50,243 bases of DNA from assembly GCA_964395885.1 (NCBI GenBank), contig CAYNDS010000004.1:1-50243 (forward strand). Direction: 5' to 3'. A program made the position numbers and the translations under genes. This DNA is from an uncultured Solibacteraceae bacterium (GTDB taxonomy: Bacteria; Acidobacteriota; Terriglobia; Bryobacterales; Bryobacteraceae). This document shows positions 1 to 8,515 of this stretch, in pieces. Position 1 is the stretch's first letter. Each line of letters starts with the position of its first letter. The notes below the pieces were generated by a model. That model was given only the letters and a program-made list of their open reading frames with translations. It had not been told where the DNA came from and did not search any database.

Positions 1-55
1 CGCAAGGAGCGGCAGATTTACAGTCTGCTGCCATTAACCACTCGGCCACCTGTCC
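1..55 (-). tRNA. tRNA-Tyr (anticodon GTA), 5' portion only; the rest lies beyond the window edge
   Basis: The reverse complement of 1-55 reads GGACAGG-TG-GCC-GAGTGGTTAAT-GGC-A-GCAGA-CTGTAAA-TCTGC-CGCTCCTTGCG. This gives an acceptor arm, a D arm with GG, a 5-bp anticodon stem (GCAGA/TCTGC), a loop with GTA, and the start of a long class II variable arm. Confidence 0.8.
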
Positions 56-90
56 GCAAACGAAAAGGCACACCGGCTTGCGTGTGCCTT
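56..90 (-). terminator. Rho-independent terminator-like hairpin after the phosphoesterase gene
   Basis: A 9-bp perfect stem (AAGGCACAC 65-73 / GTGTGCCTT 82-90) encloses an 8-nt loop. On the minus strand it is followed by TTTTCGTTT. Confidence 0.55.
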
Positions 91-95
91 AGACG

Positions 96-899
96 TTAGC
101 TTACCAGAGCGTCTGACCGGGGGGCAATTGGACGCGGTCTTTCAAACGACTGTGACGCTTCGTAGTGAAACCGGCTGGTATGGCTGCGCCACTGCCAGCG
201 CTCAATCGAAATGGTCTGGTGGTCAATCCGAATGCGATTAAAGGCGTTCGGCTCGCCGCGGCTCCGCGTGGACGTGGCCGTTCCGGCTTGCACAAAGACT
301 GCCGCGGAGGCGCCCCGCCCGTAGCGCTCTCCCGTCGACGCGGCGTGGCTCAGGTGCATGTGCCCGGCAAGAAGCAGATCCACGCTCTGGCCGAGACGCT
401 GCATCGCCATCGCCGCGCGTCCGACCAACTCCCGCCCGCCATAGGTGTCCGGCAGGTCAAACGGGTGATGCGTCACCAGCACCCGGCAGGCGTCCGGAGG
501 CGCGCCTTCCAACCGCTCCTCCACCCGCCCGATCTGCGCCTCGTTGATCCGGCCCCCGCGAATCGGCCACAGCCGAGCCGTGTTGACCCCGATCACCGCC
601 ACCTCGTCGTCCACCCATGCCGGTTCCAACTCCTCGCTGATGTGCTTTCGATACAGCCCCAGACCAATCCGGAACCGGCGCAGCAGGTTCGCAAATGGCA
701 GGTCATGGTTGCCTGGCACCATCAGCCGAGGCGAGGGCAACTGCTCCACAAACTCGCGCGCCGCAAGAAACTCCCGCTCCGTCCCCTCCTGCACAAAGTC
801 GCCCGAAATGATCGTCAGGTCGGGACTCGCCTCATGCACCGCGTCCACAATCGGTGCGATCACCCGCTCATCCACGCGCCCGAAGTGCAGATCCGACAA
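96..899 (-). CDS. Calcineurin-like metallophosphoesterase
   Basis: The ORF translation carries SDLHFG (DxH), GDFV, GNHD, VTHHP and GHMH metal-binding motifs in the canonical order. The real start is probably upstream of the TTG at 897-899 (see findings). Confidence 0.85.
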   Translation of the reverse strand: MSDLHFGRVDERVIAPIVDAVHEASPDLTIISGDFVQEGTEREFLAAREFVEQLPSPRLMVPGNHDLPFANLLRRFRIGLGLYRKHISEELEPAWVDDEVAVIGVNTARLWPIRGGRINEAQIGRVEERLEGAPPDACRVLVTHHPFDLPDTYGGRELVGRAAMAMQRLGQSVDLLLAGHMHLSHAASTGERYGRGASAAVFVQAGTATSTRSRGEPNAFNRIRIDHQTISIERWQWRSHTSRFHYEASQSFERPRPIAPRSDALVS

Positions 900-904
900 A
901 TGGA

Positions 905-1852
905 CTAACGTTCGGATAACGCCTCCTCCCGGGCAGTGCCCGCCTCCCGTTCCCTCCGGCCGCCACGCGGTACGATCGTCCGCAACGCCCGAGGGCGACA
1001 GCGATAGTGCAGCGGAGACTCCAGATGGAACATCTCGCCGTCCAGTGAGGCGACCAGATGCGGCGTCCGCGCCGAGATCACCACCTCCGGCGCCCGGAAC
1101 ACCTCAAACTCGTCCACCGCGCGGAACGCTCCCGTCGCATAGCGCAGCAGCAGACGCAGCAGCCCCCACCGGCTACGGTCTCGCAGGACGTAGATCCACA
1201 GGTGCCCCTCCGTCAGGCGGTCCCGCTGCCAGACGGGGAAGCCTTCCATCGCGTGCTCATTGTTCGCAATCAGCACGTACGGAGTTCGACGAAGCATCTC
1301 GCTGCCCTGCACAAAGAAGCGCAAATGGAGCGCCGGGTACCTCGCGATGGTACGGACCGCCGCCCACAGTGCGGCCAGTTTTCCCTGCCACCCAAGTTTT
1401 TTGATTTCTTGCTTTTCGAGGCGATATCTCGAGTAAAGCCCGAGCGCGGAATTATTCACGAAAACGCGCCCGTTGACCTCAGCCACATCCAGCAGCGCCT
1501 CCCGGCCCGTCGCGGCAATCCCGGCCGCCGCAGCCAGATCCAGCGGGATGTCCAGGTCTCGTGCGAAGTGATTCAGCGTACCGGCGGGAAGCACTCCGAA
1601 GGCGGCGTCAGACCCGGCCAGCACCTCGGCCACCGTGCGCAGTGTGCCGTCACCTCCGCCCGCGACCACACGCCGTGCACCCGCCCGCAACGCCGCCCGG
1701 ACGCGGTCACCCAGCTCGGACGGGGTTTCCAGAACCTCGATCCGTGCCGGGTGGCCTGCCTCCCGGAACGCGGCTTCAATCTGCGCCGGTGCGTCTTCGC
1801 CATCGGCGGAACCCGCCGCGCGGTTCAGAAAAATCCAGGTGTCGGGTGCCAC
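905..1852 (-). CDS. Diacylglycerol/lipid kinase family protein (YegS/BmrU-like)
   Basis: It has the GGDGT catalytic-domain motif, the typical ~300 aa length, a GTG start at 1850-1852 and high GC3. Confidence 0.85.
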   Translation of the reverse strand: MAPDTWIFLNRAAGSADGEDAPAQIEAAFREAGHPARIEVLETPSELGDRVRAALRAGARRVVAGGGDGTLRTVAEVLAGSDAAFGVLPAGTLNHFARDLDIPLDLAAAAGIAATGREALLDVAEVNGRVFVNNSALGLYSRYRLEKQEIKKLGWQGKLAALWAAVRTIARYPALHLRFFVQGSEMLRRTPYVLIANNEHAMEGFPVWQRDRLTEGHLWIYVLRDRSRWGLLRLLLRYATGAFRAVDEFEVFRAPEVVISARTPHLVASLDGEMFHLESPLHYRCRPRALRTIVPRGGRREREAGTAREEALSER

Positions 1853-1889
1853 TCCCGAAAAGGGAGCAACCTGCCGCCCAGTGGCCGGA

Positions 1890-3479
1890 CTACTGCGTGC
1901 GCCGGAGTACCCGTCCCGGCCGTTCTCCGGTCATGGCGCCATTCAGCAGCACGGCTCGCCCGTTCACAAAGACATGGCGCACGCCCACCGAGTACTGGTG
2001 CGGATTCGCAAAGTCTGCCCGGTCGCCAATCGTCGCTTCGTCGAAGATCGCAATATCGGCCTTCATGCCTTCGCGCAGCAGTCCGCGATCCTTCAGGCCC
2101 AACCGCGCCGCAGGGAAGCCGCTCATCTTCCAGATCGCGCTCTCCAGCGGCAAAAGCTTCCGGTCCCGGACGTAATAGCCCAACACCCGGGCGAACGTGC
2201 CGTAGTTGCGAGGATGGGGAACATCCGTGTCTCCGGGCGCCGAGATCGCGCCGTCAGACGCAATCATCGTGTACGGAGACTGCATGATGCGGGCAATATC
2301 GTCTTCGCTGATCGCCTTGAACACGCAGGAACAGCCGCCTTTCCGCTGGATCTCAATTGCCGTGTCCGCCGCCGTTTCAAAACTGACGGCAACTCCCCGC
2401 GCCGCCGTTACCTCCGCCAGGTTCTTGCCCGCCAGAGACGCGTCAAAGCCACAGGAGGCAAACAGCACGTTTGCCGGATCCCCGCCGCCGCGGTCGAACT
2501 GAATCTTGTCGGCAATCACCTTCCGGATCCGGGCGCGCGTCTCCGGCGCGTCCAGCCGCTCCAGCAGCGCCTTGCGCCCGCCTTCCAGCGCCCATTGCGG
2601 AAACAGCGCCGCCGAACCGGTGGACGATGCCGTGTACGGGTACTGGTCGATCGTCACATCCACGCCGCGCGCCCGCGCCTCCGCCACCAGCGCGACGGTC
2701 TTCGCCGCCAACCCCCAATTGCCGGCGCCGATGACCTTGTGATGGCTCACCTGCGTCGGGATGCCGCCCTCCTCGCCGATGCGGATCGTCTCCGCCACGC
2801 TTTTGACGATATCGGCGGCTTCGTCCCGCATGTGCGAGATGTGCATCCCGCCGTAGCGCCGCACGACCTTCGCCAGCTCAATCACTTCCTCGGTGGGCGC
2901 GAAGTTCCCAGGCACGTAGAACAGCCCGGTGGAAAGCCCGAACGCCCCGTCGCGCATCGCCTGATCCACCAGCGCCTTCATCCGCGCCAGTTCCTCGGCC
3001 GTGACAGTGCGCTTGGCCAGGTCGAGAACCTCCTGCCGCACGGATCCGTGGCCCACAAACAGGCCCATGTTGATGCCGATGCGCGCCGCTTCCAGTTTGG
3101 CCAGGAACGGCGCAAGGGGCAGGGGAGAGCTTCCGTCGTTGCCTTCAATCAGCGTCGTCACACCCTGCCGAATGAAGTTCTCGCCCGCCGGGAGCCGGAA
3201 GATTGCTCCGCGGCCGTGATTGTGGATGTCAATGAAGCCGGGAGCCACCACCAGATCACGCGCCTCCACAACGCGAGCGGCAGTGGCTCCCGACAGGTCG
3301 CCGATCGCCGCGATGGAATCACCGCGGATGCCCACATCGGCGTATCGCCACGGACTATGGGTGCCGTCGACCAAACGGCCGCCCCGAATCACGGTGTCGA
3401 AATGAGCAGAAGGCTGGGCGGCAGCCAAAACGGCCACCAGCCAAGGCAGCAGGCGCCCTGTGCGGGCAAGGGATTTCAC
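1890..3479 (-). CDS. N-acyl-D-amino-acid deacylase (D-aminoacylase, amidohydrolase superfamily), secreted
   Basis: It has an N-terminal signal-like segment (LLPWLVAVLAAAQPSAH), the FIDIHNHG metal motif, and ~530 aa typical of the family. It starts at GTG 3477-3479. Confidence 0.85.
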   Translation of the reverse strand: MKSLARTGRLLPWLVAVLAAAQPSAHFDTVIRGGRLVDGTHSPWRYADVGIRGDSIAAIGDLSGATAARVVEARDLVVAPGFIDIHNHGRGAIFRLPAGENFIRQGVTTLIEGNDGSSPLPLAPFLAKLEAARIGINMGLFVGHGSVRQEVLDLAKRTVTAEELARMKALVDQAMRDGAFGLSTGLFYVPGNFAPTEEVIELAKVVRRYGGMHISHMRDEAADIVKSVAETIRIGEEGGIPTQVSHHKVIGAGNWGLAAKTVALVAEARARGVDVTIDQYPYTASSTGSAALFPQWALEGGRKALLERLDAPETRARIRKVIADKIQFDRGGGDPANVLFASCGFDASLAGKNLAEVTAARGVAVSFETAADTAIEIQRKGGCSCVFKAISEDDIARIMQSPYTMIASDGAISAPGDTDVPHPRNYGTFARVLGYYVRDRKLLPLESAIWKMSGFPAARLGLKDRGLLREGMKADIAIFDEATIGDRADFANPHQYSVGVRHVFVNGRAVLLNGAMTGERPGRVLRRTQ

Positions 3480-3592
3480 TCCCGGATTTTAACCGGAACG
3501 CGCTCCTCTTCTTCCTGTCGCGGGCTCTGGGTCAGCATCGCCAAAAACAGGCTTAAAATCAGCAGTCCCGGAATCAAGCTCGCAAGCACCAT
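3476..3592 (-). CDS. Candidate 38-aa single-TM small protein, translationally coupled to the D-aminoacylase
   Basis: ATG at 3590-3592 is preceded by GGGAGG with a 5-nt spacer. The peptide is MVLASLIPGLLILSLFLAMLTQSPRQEEEERVPVKIRE. Its TGA overlaps the downstream GTG as GTGA. It is below the 60-aa cutoff of the ORF track. Confidence 0.4.
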   Translation of the reverse strand: MVLASLIPGLLILSLFLAMLTQSPRQEEEERVPVKIRE

Positions 3593-3757
3593 GACAGCCT
3601 CCCGTGGTTTGTCTCTGTTTGTTTAGTTGCTCTCATCGGTCTACGCGTTTCGTCCATGAAATGGATTTCACGAGTTCTTTTCCGCCGCTCGCCCCAACCC
3701 CGTCGGCAAGGCCGCTTTCAGCCCACGCGGAACCCGGGTTCTGGTACGTTCGATGAG

Positions 3758-5041
3758 ATGCACGTCGATCTTGCCTTCGGCCGTCATGGCCTTCCGCTGG
3801 AACTGCCCGCCGGACCCCGCTACCAGCTTCTGGAGGCGCGCTCCGCCCAGCCGCTGCCCGATTCCGACGCGGCCCTCGCCTCGGCGCTCGAAAGCCCGAT
3901 CGGCTGCGCCCCGCTTCGCGAACTCGCCCGCGGTAAGTCCTCCGCCGCCATCTCGGTCTGCGACATCACTCGCCCGGCGCCCAACCGCCTGGTGCTGCCG
4001 CACGTGCTGCGCGCCCTGGCCGAGGGCGGCATCCCGCGCGAAAACGTCACCATCCTCATTGCCACCGGACTCCACCGCCCGGCGACCGAAGCCGAAATCG
4101 CCGAAATCATCGGCCCGGACCTGTTCGGCAAGGTCCGCGTCGAGAATCATCACGCCAAGGTGCTCGCCGAGCACCGCCACCTCGGCACCACGGCAAGCGG
4201 CACCCCGGTCTACATCGATGAGCGCTTCATCGCCGCCGATCTCCACCTCACGCTCGGATTCATTGAGCCGCACCTGATGCTCGGCTACTCCGGCGGGCGG
4301 AAGTTGATCGCCCCTGGCCTGGCCGCACAGGAAACCATCAAGGTCCTGCACTCGCCGAAGTTCATGCGCGATGCCCGCGCCGTCGAGGGTTCCATCCAGG
4401 ACAACCCCCTCCATCGCGAGCTGTTGGAAGTGGCCCGCATGGCCCGGCACGACTTCATGGTCGATGTCGCCCTCACGCGCGACCGCAAGATCGCCGGCGT
4501 CTTCGCCGGTGACCCCGTCCGCGCTCATGCCGCCGGCGTCGAGTTTGTCTCCACCACCATGCTGGAGCGCATTGAGGAACCGGTCGACGCGGTCCTCACC
4601 ACCTGCGCCGGCTACCCGCTCGACCTCACCTTCTATCAGACGGTGAAGGGCATTACCGCCGCCCAGCACATCGTCAAGCCGGGCGGCCGCATCCTGATCT
4701 TCGCCGAATGCGCCGAAGGCGCCGGCGCACCGGAATTCCAGGAAATGATGAAGCGCTTCTCCTCCGGCGAAGCGTTTCTGGCCCATATCGACGGCGCCCC
4801 GGTGACCGTCGATCAATGGCAGCTCGAGAAACTGGCGCTCGTCACCCGTTCCAAGCGCGTGTCCTTCTACGCGCCAGGTCTTCCGGCCGAGTTCCATTCC
4901 ACCCTCTGGGGGCCCGTCTTCGACACGCCGCAGGCGGCCATCGCCGATCTGTTACAAGGACTTCCGGCCACTGCTCGCGTCGCGGTCATTCCGGAAGGTC
5001 CCTATGTCCTGGCGCGCGTCGAAGAGCCGGTCATGGCATAG
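3758..5041 (+). CDS. LarA-like (lactate racemase N-terminal domain / DUF2088) nickel-pincer-dependent enzyme family protein
   Basis: The CDITRPAPN and IATGLHRP motifs and the ~427 aa length fit LarA-type proteins. The ORF opens at 3656, but codons 3656-3757 are AT3-rich and look non-coding, so I chose ATG 3758. Confidence 0.75.
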   Translation: MHVDLAFGRHGLPLELPAGPRYQLLEARSAQPLPDSDAALASALESPIGCAPLRELARGKSSAAISVCDITRPAPNRLVLPHVLRALAEGGIPRENVTILIATGLHRPATEAEIAEIIGPDLFGKVRVENHHAKVLAEHRHLGTTASGTPVYIDERFIAADLHLTLGFIEPHLMLGYSGGRKLIAPGLAAQETIKVLHSPKFMRDARAVEGSIQDNPLHRELLEVARMARHDFMVDVALTRDRKIAGVFAGDPVRAHAAGVEFVSTTMLERIEEPVDAVLTTCAGYPLDLTFYQTVKGITAAQHIVKPGGRILIFAECAEGAGAPEFQEMMKRFSSGEAFLAHIDGAPVTVDQWQLEKLALVTRSKRVSFYAPGLPAEFHSTLWGPVFDTPQAAIADLLQGLPATARVAVIPEGPYVLARVEEPVMA

Positions 5042-5122
5042 GAGAGGATTGACAGTAGAAAAAATATCGCCCACAATTTGCTGTAGAAGCCTGCCCGCAA
5101 GGCCAGGCCGGAACCGGAAAGG

Positions 5123-5542
5123 ATGCTCCCGATGGTACATCCCGCAGCAACGCCACTTCGGCCTCTTGGCTTGGATGGCCGAACGCACTCGGACCGCGCC
5201 CGCCGGGTACTCAGCATCGCGGTGGTCGAAGCGGCTCGTCTGCTCGAAGTGAACCAGACGGAGCTTTCCAGCATTCTGGGCGTCAGCACGGCCACCGTCT
5301 CGCGCCTCGCCGCAGGCGAGTATCTGTTGCAGCCGGAACGGAAAGAATGGGAACTGGCCGTGCTTTTTGTTCGCCTGTTCCGCTCGCTCGATTCCATCAC
5401 CGGCGGACGCGAGGACCACTCCCGCGCCTGGCTCCGTTCGGACAACCGCGCGTTGCAGGGCGTTCCCGCGGACCTGATTCGCAAGGTGGAATCGCTCGTC
5501 CGCGTGGTGCAGTACCTGGACGCTTCGCGAGCGACAGTTTGA
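5123..5542 (+). CDS. Xre-like HTH antitoxin with C-terminal toxin-binding domain (ParS/MbcA-type, DUF2384-like)
   Basis: It has an HTH segment (LLEVNQTELSSILGVSTATVSRLAAGE) and a C-terminal RAWLRSDNRALQGVPADLI-type domain. It lies immediately upstream of, and overlaps, a RES gene. ATG 5132 has better Shine-Dalgarno (SD) spacing and is an alternative start. Confidence 0.75.
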   Translation: MLPMVHPAATPLRPLGLDGRTHSDRARRVLSIAVVEAARLLEVNQTELSSILGVSTATVSRLAAGEYLLQPERKEWELAVLFVRLFRSLDSITGGREDHSRAWLRSDNRALQGVPADLIRKVESLVRVVQYLDASRATV

Positions 5543-6267
5543 ACGCGGACTGGCTTCGCTCCGCCATCGCCGAAAACCGCACGCCCATCGTCCAGAAGTT
5601 CTGGCGCGCCGTCGAGGCGCAGCACCTGGTCTCGACGCTGCGGCTCACCCGGCATGACCCGGCGGACCAGGAGTTGCTGGAACTCATCCTCGAAGAGTAC
5701 AAGCCCCCCATCCCCGCCGAGGCGCTGAAACTGCACTACTTGCTGGCCACGCCGTTCCGCTATCCGCCATCGCCGCGCGGGTCCCGCTTCCGTGCCTGGC
5801 CGGACCCGGGGGTCCTTCACGGGGCACTCAGCCGGCGCACCGCCTGCGCCGAAATGGGGTACTGGCGCTGGCGATTCGTGCAGGAAAGCGAAGGCCTACG
5901 GCAGATCGAGGCGGCGGCGCAGACTCTCTTTCAAGCCTCCGCCTCGGGCGATGCGGTGGACCTGCGGCAACCGCCGCTGGAGCAGGAGCAAGCAGCCTGG
6001 ACCGCGCCGCAGGACTACTCCGCCACGCAGGGCTTCGGCCGCCTGGCGCGTGAAGCGGGGCTGGACCTGCTGCTTTACCGTTCCGTGCGGGACCCGGAAC
6101 CGGGTGTCTGTGTGGCCGTGCTCCAGCCGTCCGCGCTCAAGCCGAAGCGCCCTCTGGCGCAGGAGACCTGGTATCTCACCGTCACGGCCGAGGCGGCACT
6201 GTGGACGCGCCAGGGGCAGCGGTTCCAGTTCCTCTTTGCGGAACGGCGGGGCGGGGCAGACGCCTAG
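5539..6267 (+). CDS. RES-domain toxin (ParT/MbcT-type NAD+-targeting family)
   Basis: The R/E/S signature residues occur in order (GSRFR ... CAEMGYW ... LYRSVRDP). The TTG start at 5539 overlaps the antitoxin stop (TTGA). The listed ORF 5347-6267 extends upstream only as an overlap artefact. Confidence 0.8.
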   Translation: MNADWLRSAIAENRTPIVQKFWRAVEAQHLVSTLRLTRHDPADQELLELILEEYKPPIPAEALKLHYLLATPFRYPPSPRGSRFRAWPDPGVLHGALSRRTACAEMGYWRWRFVQESEGLRQIEAAAQTLFQASASGDAVDLRQPPLEQEQAAWTAPQDYSATQGFGRLAREAGLDLLLYRSVRDPEPGVCVAVLQPSALKPKRPLAQETWYLTVTAEAALWTRQGQRFQFLFAERRGGADA

Positions 6268-6470
6268 CGCGCGGGACGGGCCAGCATCTGTCCCAGCCGG
6301 AACGGCAACGTGCAGATGCCCCAGATGAGCGCCAGCACCCCGCCCACCGCCACCCCGATGATGCGGAACGGCAGCAGGAGCAGCCAGACCAGAGGATAGA
6401 GAAGCAGTGCCGCCACCGCCAGCGGTGCGCACAGCACAAACAGAATCAGCCAGAGCAGGAATCCCAACAT
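6264..6470 (-). CDS. Small hydrophobic membrane protein (2 predicted TM helices)
   Basis: ATG at 6468-6470 is preceded by GGGAGGG with a 5-nt spacer. The 68-aa product is almost entirely hydrophobic. Confidence 0.6.
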   Translation of the reverse strand: MLGFLLWLILFVLCAPLAVAALLLYPLVWLLLLPFRIIGVAVGGVLALIWGICTLPFRLGQMLARPAR

Positions 6471-6520
6471 CTCGCCCTCCCTTCGGAGACTACGCAGGAA
6501 GTGACAAAAAGTTCAACCGC

Positions 6521-7249
6521 TCAGGGCAGATGCAAACCCTTGTGGATGGCGTAGAGGGCCAGCTCCAGGCGGTCGGAAACGCCCAGCTTGTCGAAGATGT
6601 TGTGCAGATGGTTCTTCACGGTCTGCTCGGAGATGAACATCTTCTCCGCCATCTCTTTGTTCTTGTAGCCTTGCGCGACCAGCGCCACAATTTCCCGCTC
6701 GCGCTGCGACAGCGGACTCCGCTCGCGACCCTTGGCCGCTCCCGGCGCGCCGGCACCCTCTCCCGCCCCGCTTTCCGCCGGGGAGGCAAACTGGCGCATC
6801 ACCACTGCCGTCGTCTGGGAGTCCAGCCAGATTTCGCCACCGTGGACTTTCCGGACGCTCTTGGCAATCAGGTCTGTCGCCGTCTGCTTCAGCACGATTC
6901 CGGCGCAGCCCAACTTCATCGCCTGCACGTATTCGTTCTTGTCTTCTGAGCCCGTAAACACCAGCACACGCACCCGCAACCCGTTCTGCTGAATCGCCTT
7001 CAGTACCGAAAGGCCATCCATGACGGGCATCCGCAGATCGAGAAGCACAATGTCGGGACGAAGCGAGCGGGTATACTCCAGGGCATCCTGACCATTGGCC
7101 GCCTCGCCGACGACCTCGATGTCCCCGGTGCTGGCGAACAATTGGCGAAGACCCTCGCGCACGATCGGGTGATCGTCCGCGATCAGGATACGGATGTTCT
7201 TCCCTCCCGTTTGCTCGGGCAGAAGGGCGACACCGTTCTGCTCACTCAT
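6521..7249 (-). CDS. NarL/FixJ-type response regulator (REC + LuxR HTH)
   Basis: It has the ILIADDHP receiver N-terminus, the DIVLLDLRMP phospho-acceptor region, and a C-terminal LSQREREIV...ISEQTVKNH LuxR-type HTH. An AAGGGAG SD precedes the ATG. Confidence 0.9.
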   Translation of the reverse strand: MSEQNGVALLPEQTGGKNIRILIADDHPIVREGLRQLFASTGDIEVVGEAANGQDALEYTRSLRPDIVLLDLRMPVMDGLSVLKAIQQNGLRVRVLVFTGSEDKNEYVQAMKLGCAGIVLKQTATDLIAKSVRKVHGGEIWLDSQTTAVVMRQFASPAESGAGEGAGAPGAAKGRERSPLSQREREIVALVAQGYKNKEMAEKMFISEQTVKNHLHNIFDKLGVSDRLELALYAIHKGLHLP

Positions 7250-7348
7250 ACCTACTCCCTTCCGTGCGCGAAACCACTGAACTCACGTGCCCGATCTTCC
7301 CACCGGGCCAACATCCCGGGAAGTGCCCCACCGTCCCTGGCGGCAGCG

Positions 7349-8515
7349 ATGGTCTATTCTACCCAGTTCCCCTGGCCCGATAGTACTGTTCCGCACGCTC
7401 TCCTAGAACCCTATCGGCACCTCCTGACAGCGGCTTTAGGAAAGTCGAACTGGAACCGCTGTACCGGGTCCTGTCGCGCTACCATCAGCCCAGTGGAGTC
7501 GATCTACTATGTCGTCACCTGGCTGTGTCACCGCACCTGCGTCCATTGCTACGAAGATCGGTTCCGCCCCTACTACGGTCCCGACTTGGACCGCGTCGTT
7601 TCCGCCAGCAAGGCCAACTTCGCCCGCATCATTGCCCACTTGCCCAGCCGCCTGACCTACCGCGCCGCAGACGGCGCTGAGCATGTCTCCAGCATCATCC
7701 TGGCCGGAGGCGAGGTCCTCCTCGATCCCATTCGCGAACCGGTGCTCTATCCCGCCCTGGACCTGCTCCGGGAGCGCTACCGCGCGCAGGGCGGCGTCAA
7801 GCTGATTGTGCAGACCACGGGCGATCTGTTGCGTCCGCACATCATTTCCGAACTCCTCGATCGCGGCGTGTGGACCATCTCGGTTTCCGGCATCGATGCG
7901 TATCACGCCGGTCTGGAGCAGCACGCGGCGCAGCAGGCCCTCATCGATCGCCTCACCGGATGGTTTCACGACGCCGGCATGGAGCCCCAGCCGCAGGTTG
8001 CCGCCGAGGCCCGCAACGCCCGTCCGGGCGGGCGCTACTTTCAGTTCTTCGGCGCCACGCCCGATCTTTGGATTGGTCGCCTCTGGCCGCGCGGGCGCGC
8101 CTGGACGAATTCCCTCACCACCGCCACCCTGGCCGACAACTTCTGCAATCGCTGGTCCGGCGGCGTGAACTTCCTCCACGCCGGAGAGGCGGGCAGCGAG
8201 GTCTCGATCGATCCGGAGGGCAACGTCTTCCCCTGCTGCGTGAAGACGCGCAGACCGGTCGGCAACCTTCTCGAAGAGCCGCTGGACGCCATCCTGGCCC
8301 GCGCGCGGACGCAGCCCATCTATCAGGCGATCAATGCCGGCGAGCCGCAGCGCATGGGCCTTGCCCACGGCTGGAGCGTCGACACGTTCCTCGAAAAATC
8401 CCGCACGCGTCTGCCGGATGGGCGCGAATACCAGAACCTCTGCATCGGCTGCGACGCTTTCCACGACGAGGTGCTCGGCGCCGCGCCGCTGGTGCAGTTG
8501 AACGCCGCCGGCTAG
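7349..8515 (+). CDS. Radical SAM protein with Cys-rich C-terminal (SPASM/twitch-like) region
   Basis: It has the CHRTCVHC (CX3CX2C) cluster motif, a GGEVLLDP SAM-binding segment, and a C-terminal GNVFPCCVKTRRPVGNL motif. I chose ATG 7349 because the upstream part of ORF 7142-8515 overlaps the regulator gene. Confidence 0.8.
   Translation: MVYSTQFPWPDSTVPHALLEPYRHLLTAALGKSNWNRCTGSCRATISPVESIYYVVTWLCHRTCVHCYEDRFRPYYGPDLDRVVSASKANFARIIAHLPSRLTYRAADGAEHVSSIILAGGEVLLDPIREPVLYPALDLLRERYRAQGGVKLIVQTTGDLLRPHIISELLDRGVWTISVSGIDAYHAGLEQHAAQQALIDRLTGWFHDAGMEPQPQVAAEARNARPGGRYFQFFGATPDLWIGRLWPRGRAWTNSLTTATLADNFCNRWSGGVNFLHAGEAGSEVSIDPEGNVFPCCVKTRRPVGNLLEEPLDAILARARTQPIYQAINAGEPQRMGLAHGWSVDTFLEKSRTRLPDGREYQNLCIGCDAFHDEVLGAAPLVQLNAAG

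Noticed and set aside
1635-3626. 663-aa ORF on the + strand (also 544-1404, 1058-2287 and 1561-2175 on +)
   Set aside because: These are antisense shadows of the lipid-kinase and D-aminoacylase genes. The translations are Arg/Pro/Ala-rich and low-complexity with no motifs, which is typical of stop-poor frames in high-GC DNA.
3656-3757. 34-codon N-terminal extension of the LarA-like ORF
   Set aside because: These codons are AT-rich at the third position, unlike the rest of the gene, and family members start near MHVDLAFG. ATG 3758 is preferred.
3668-4897. 409-aa ORF antisense to the LarA-like gene
   Set aside because: It has shadow-ORF composition (Gly/Ala/Arg/Asp-rich, no motifs). The opposite strand has clear family motifs.
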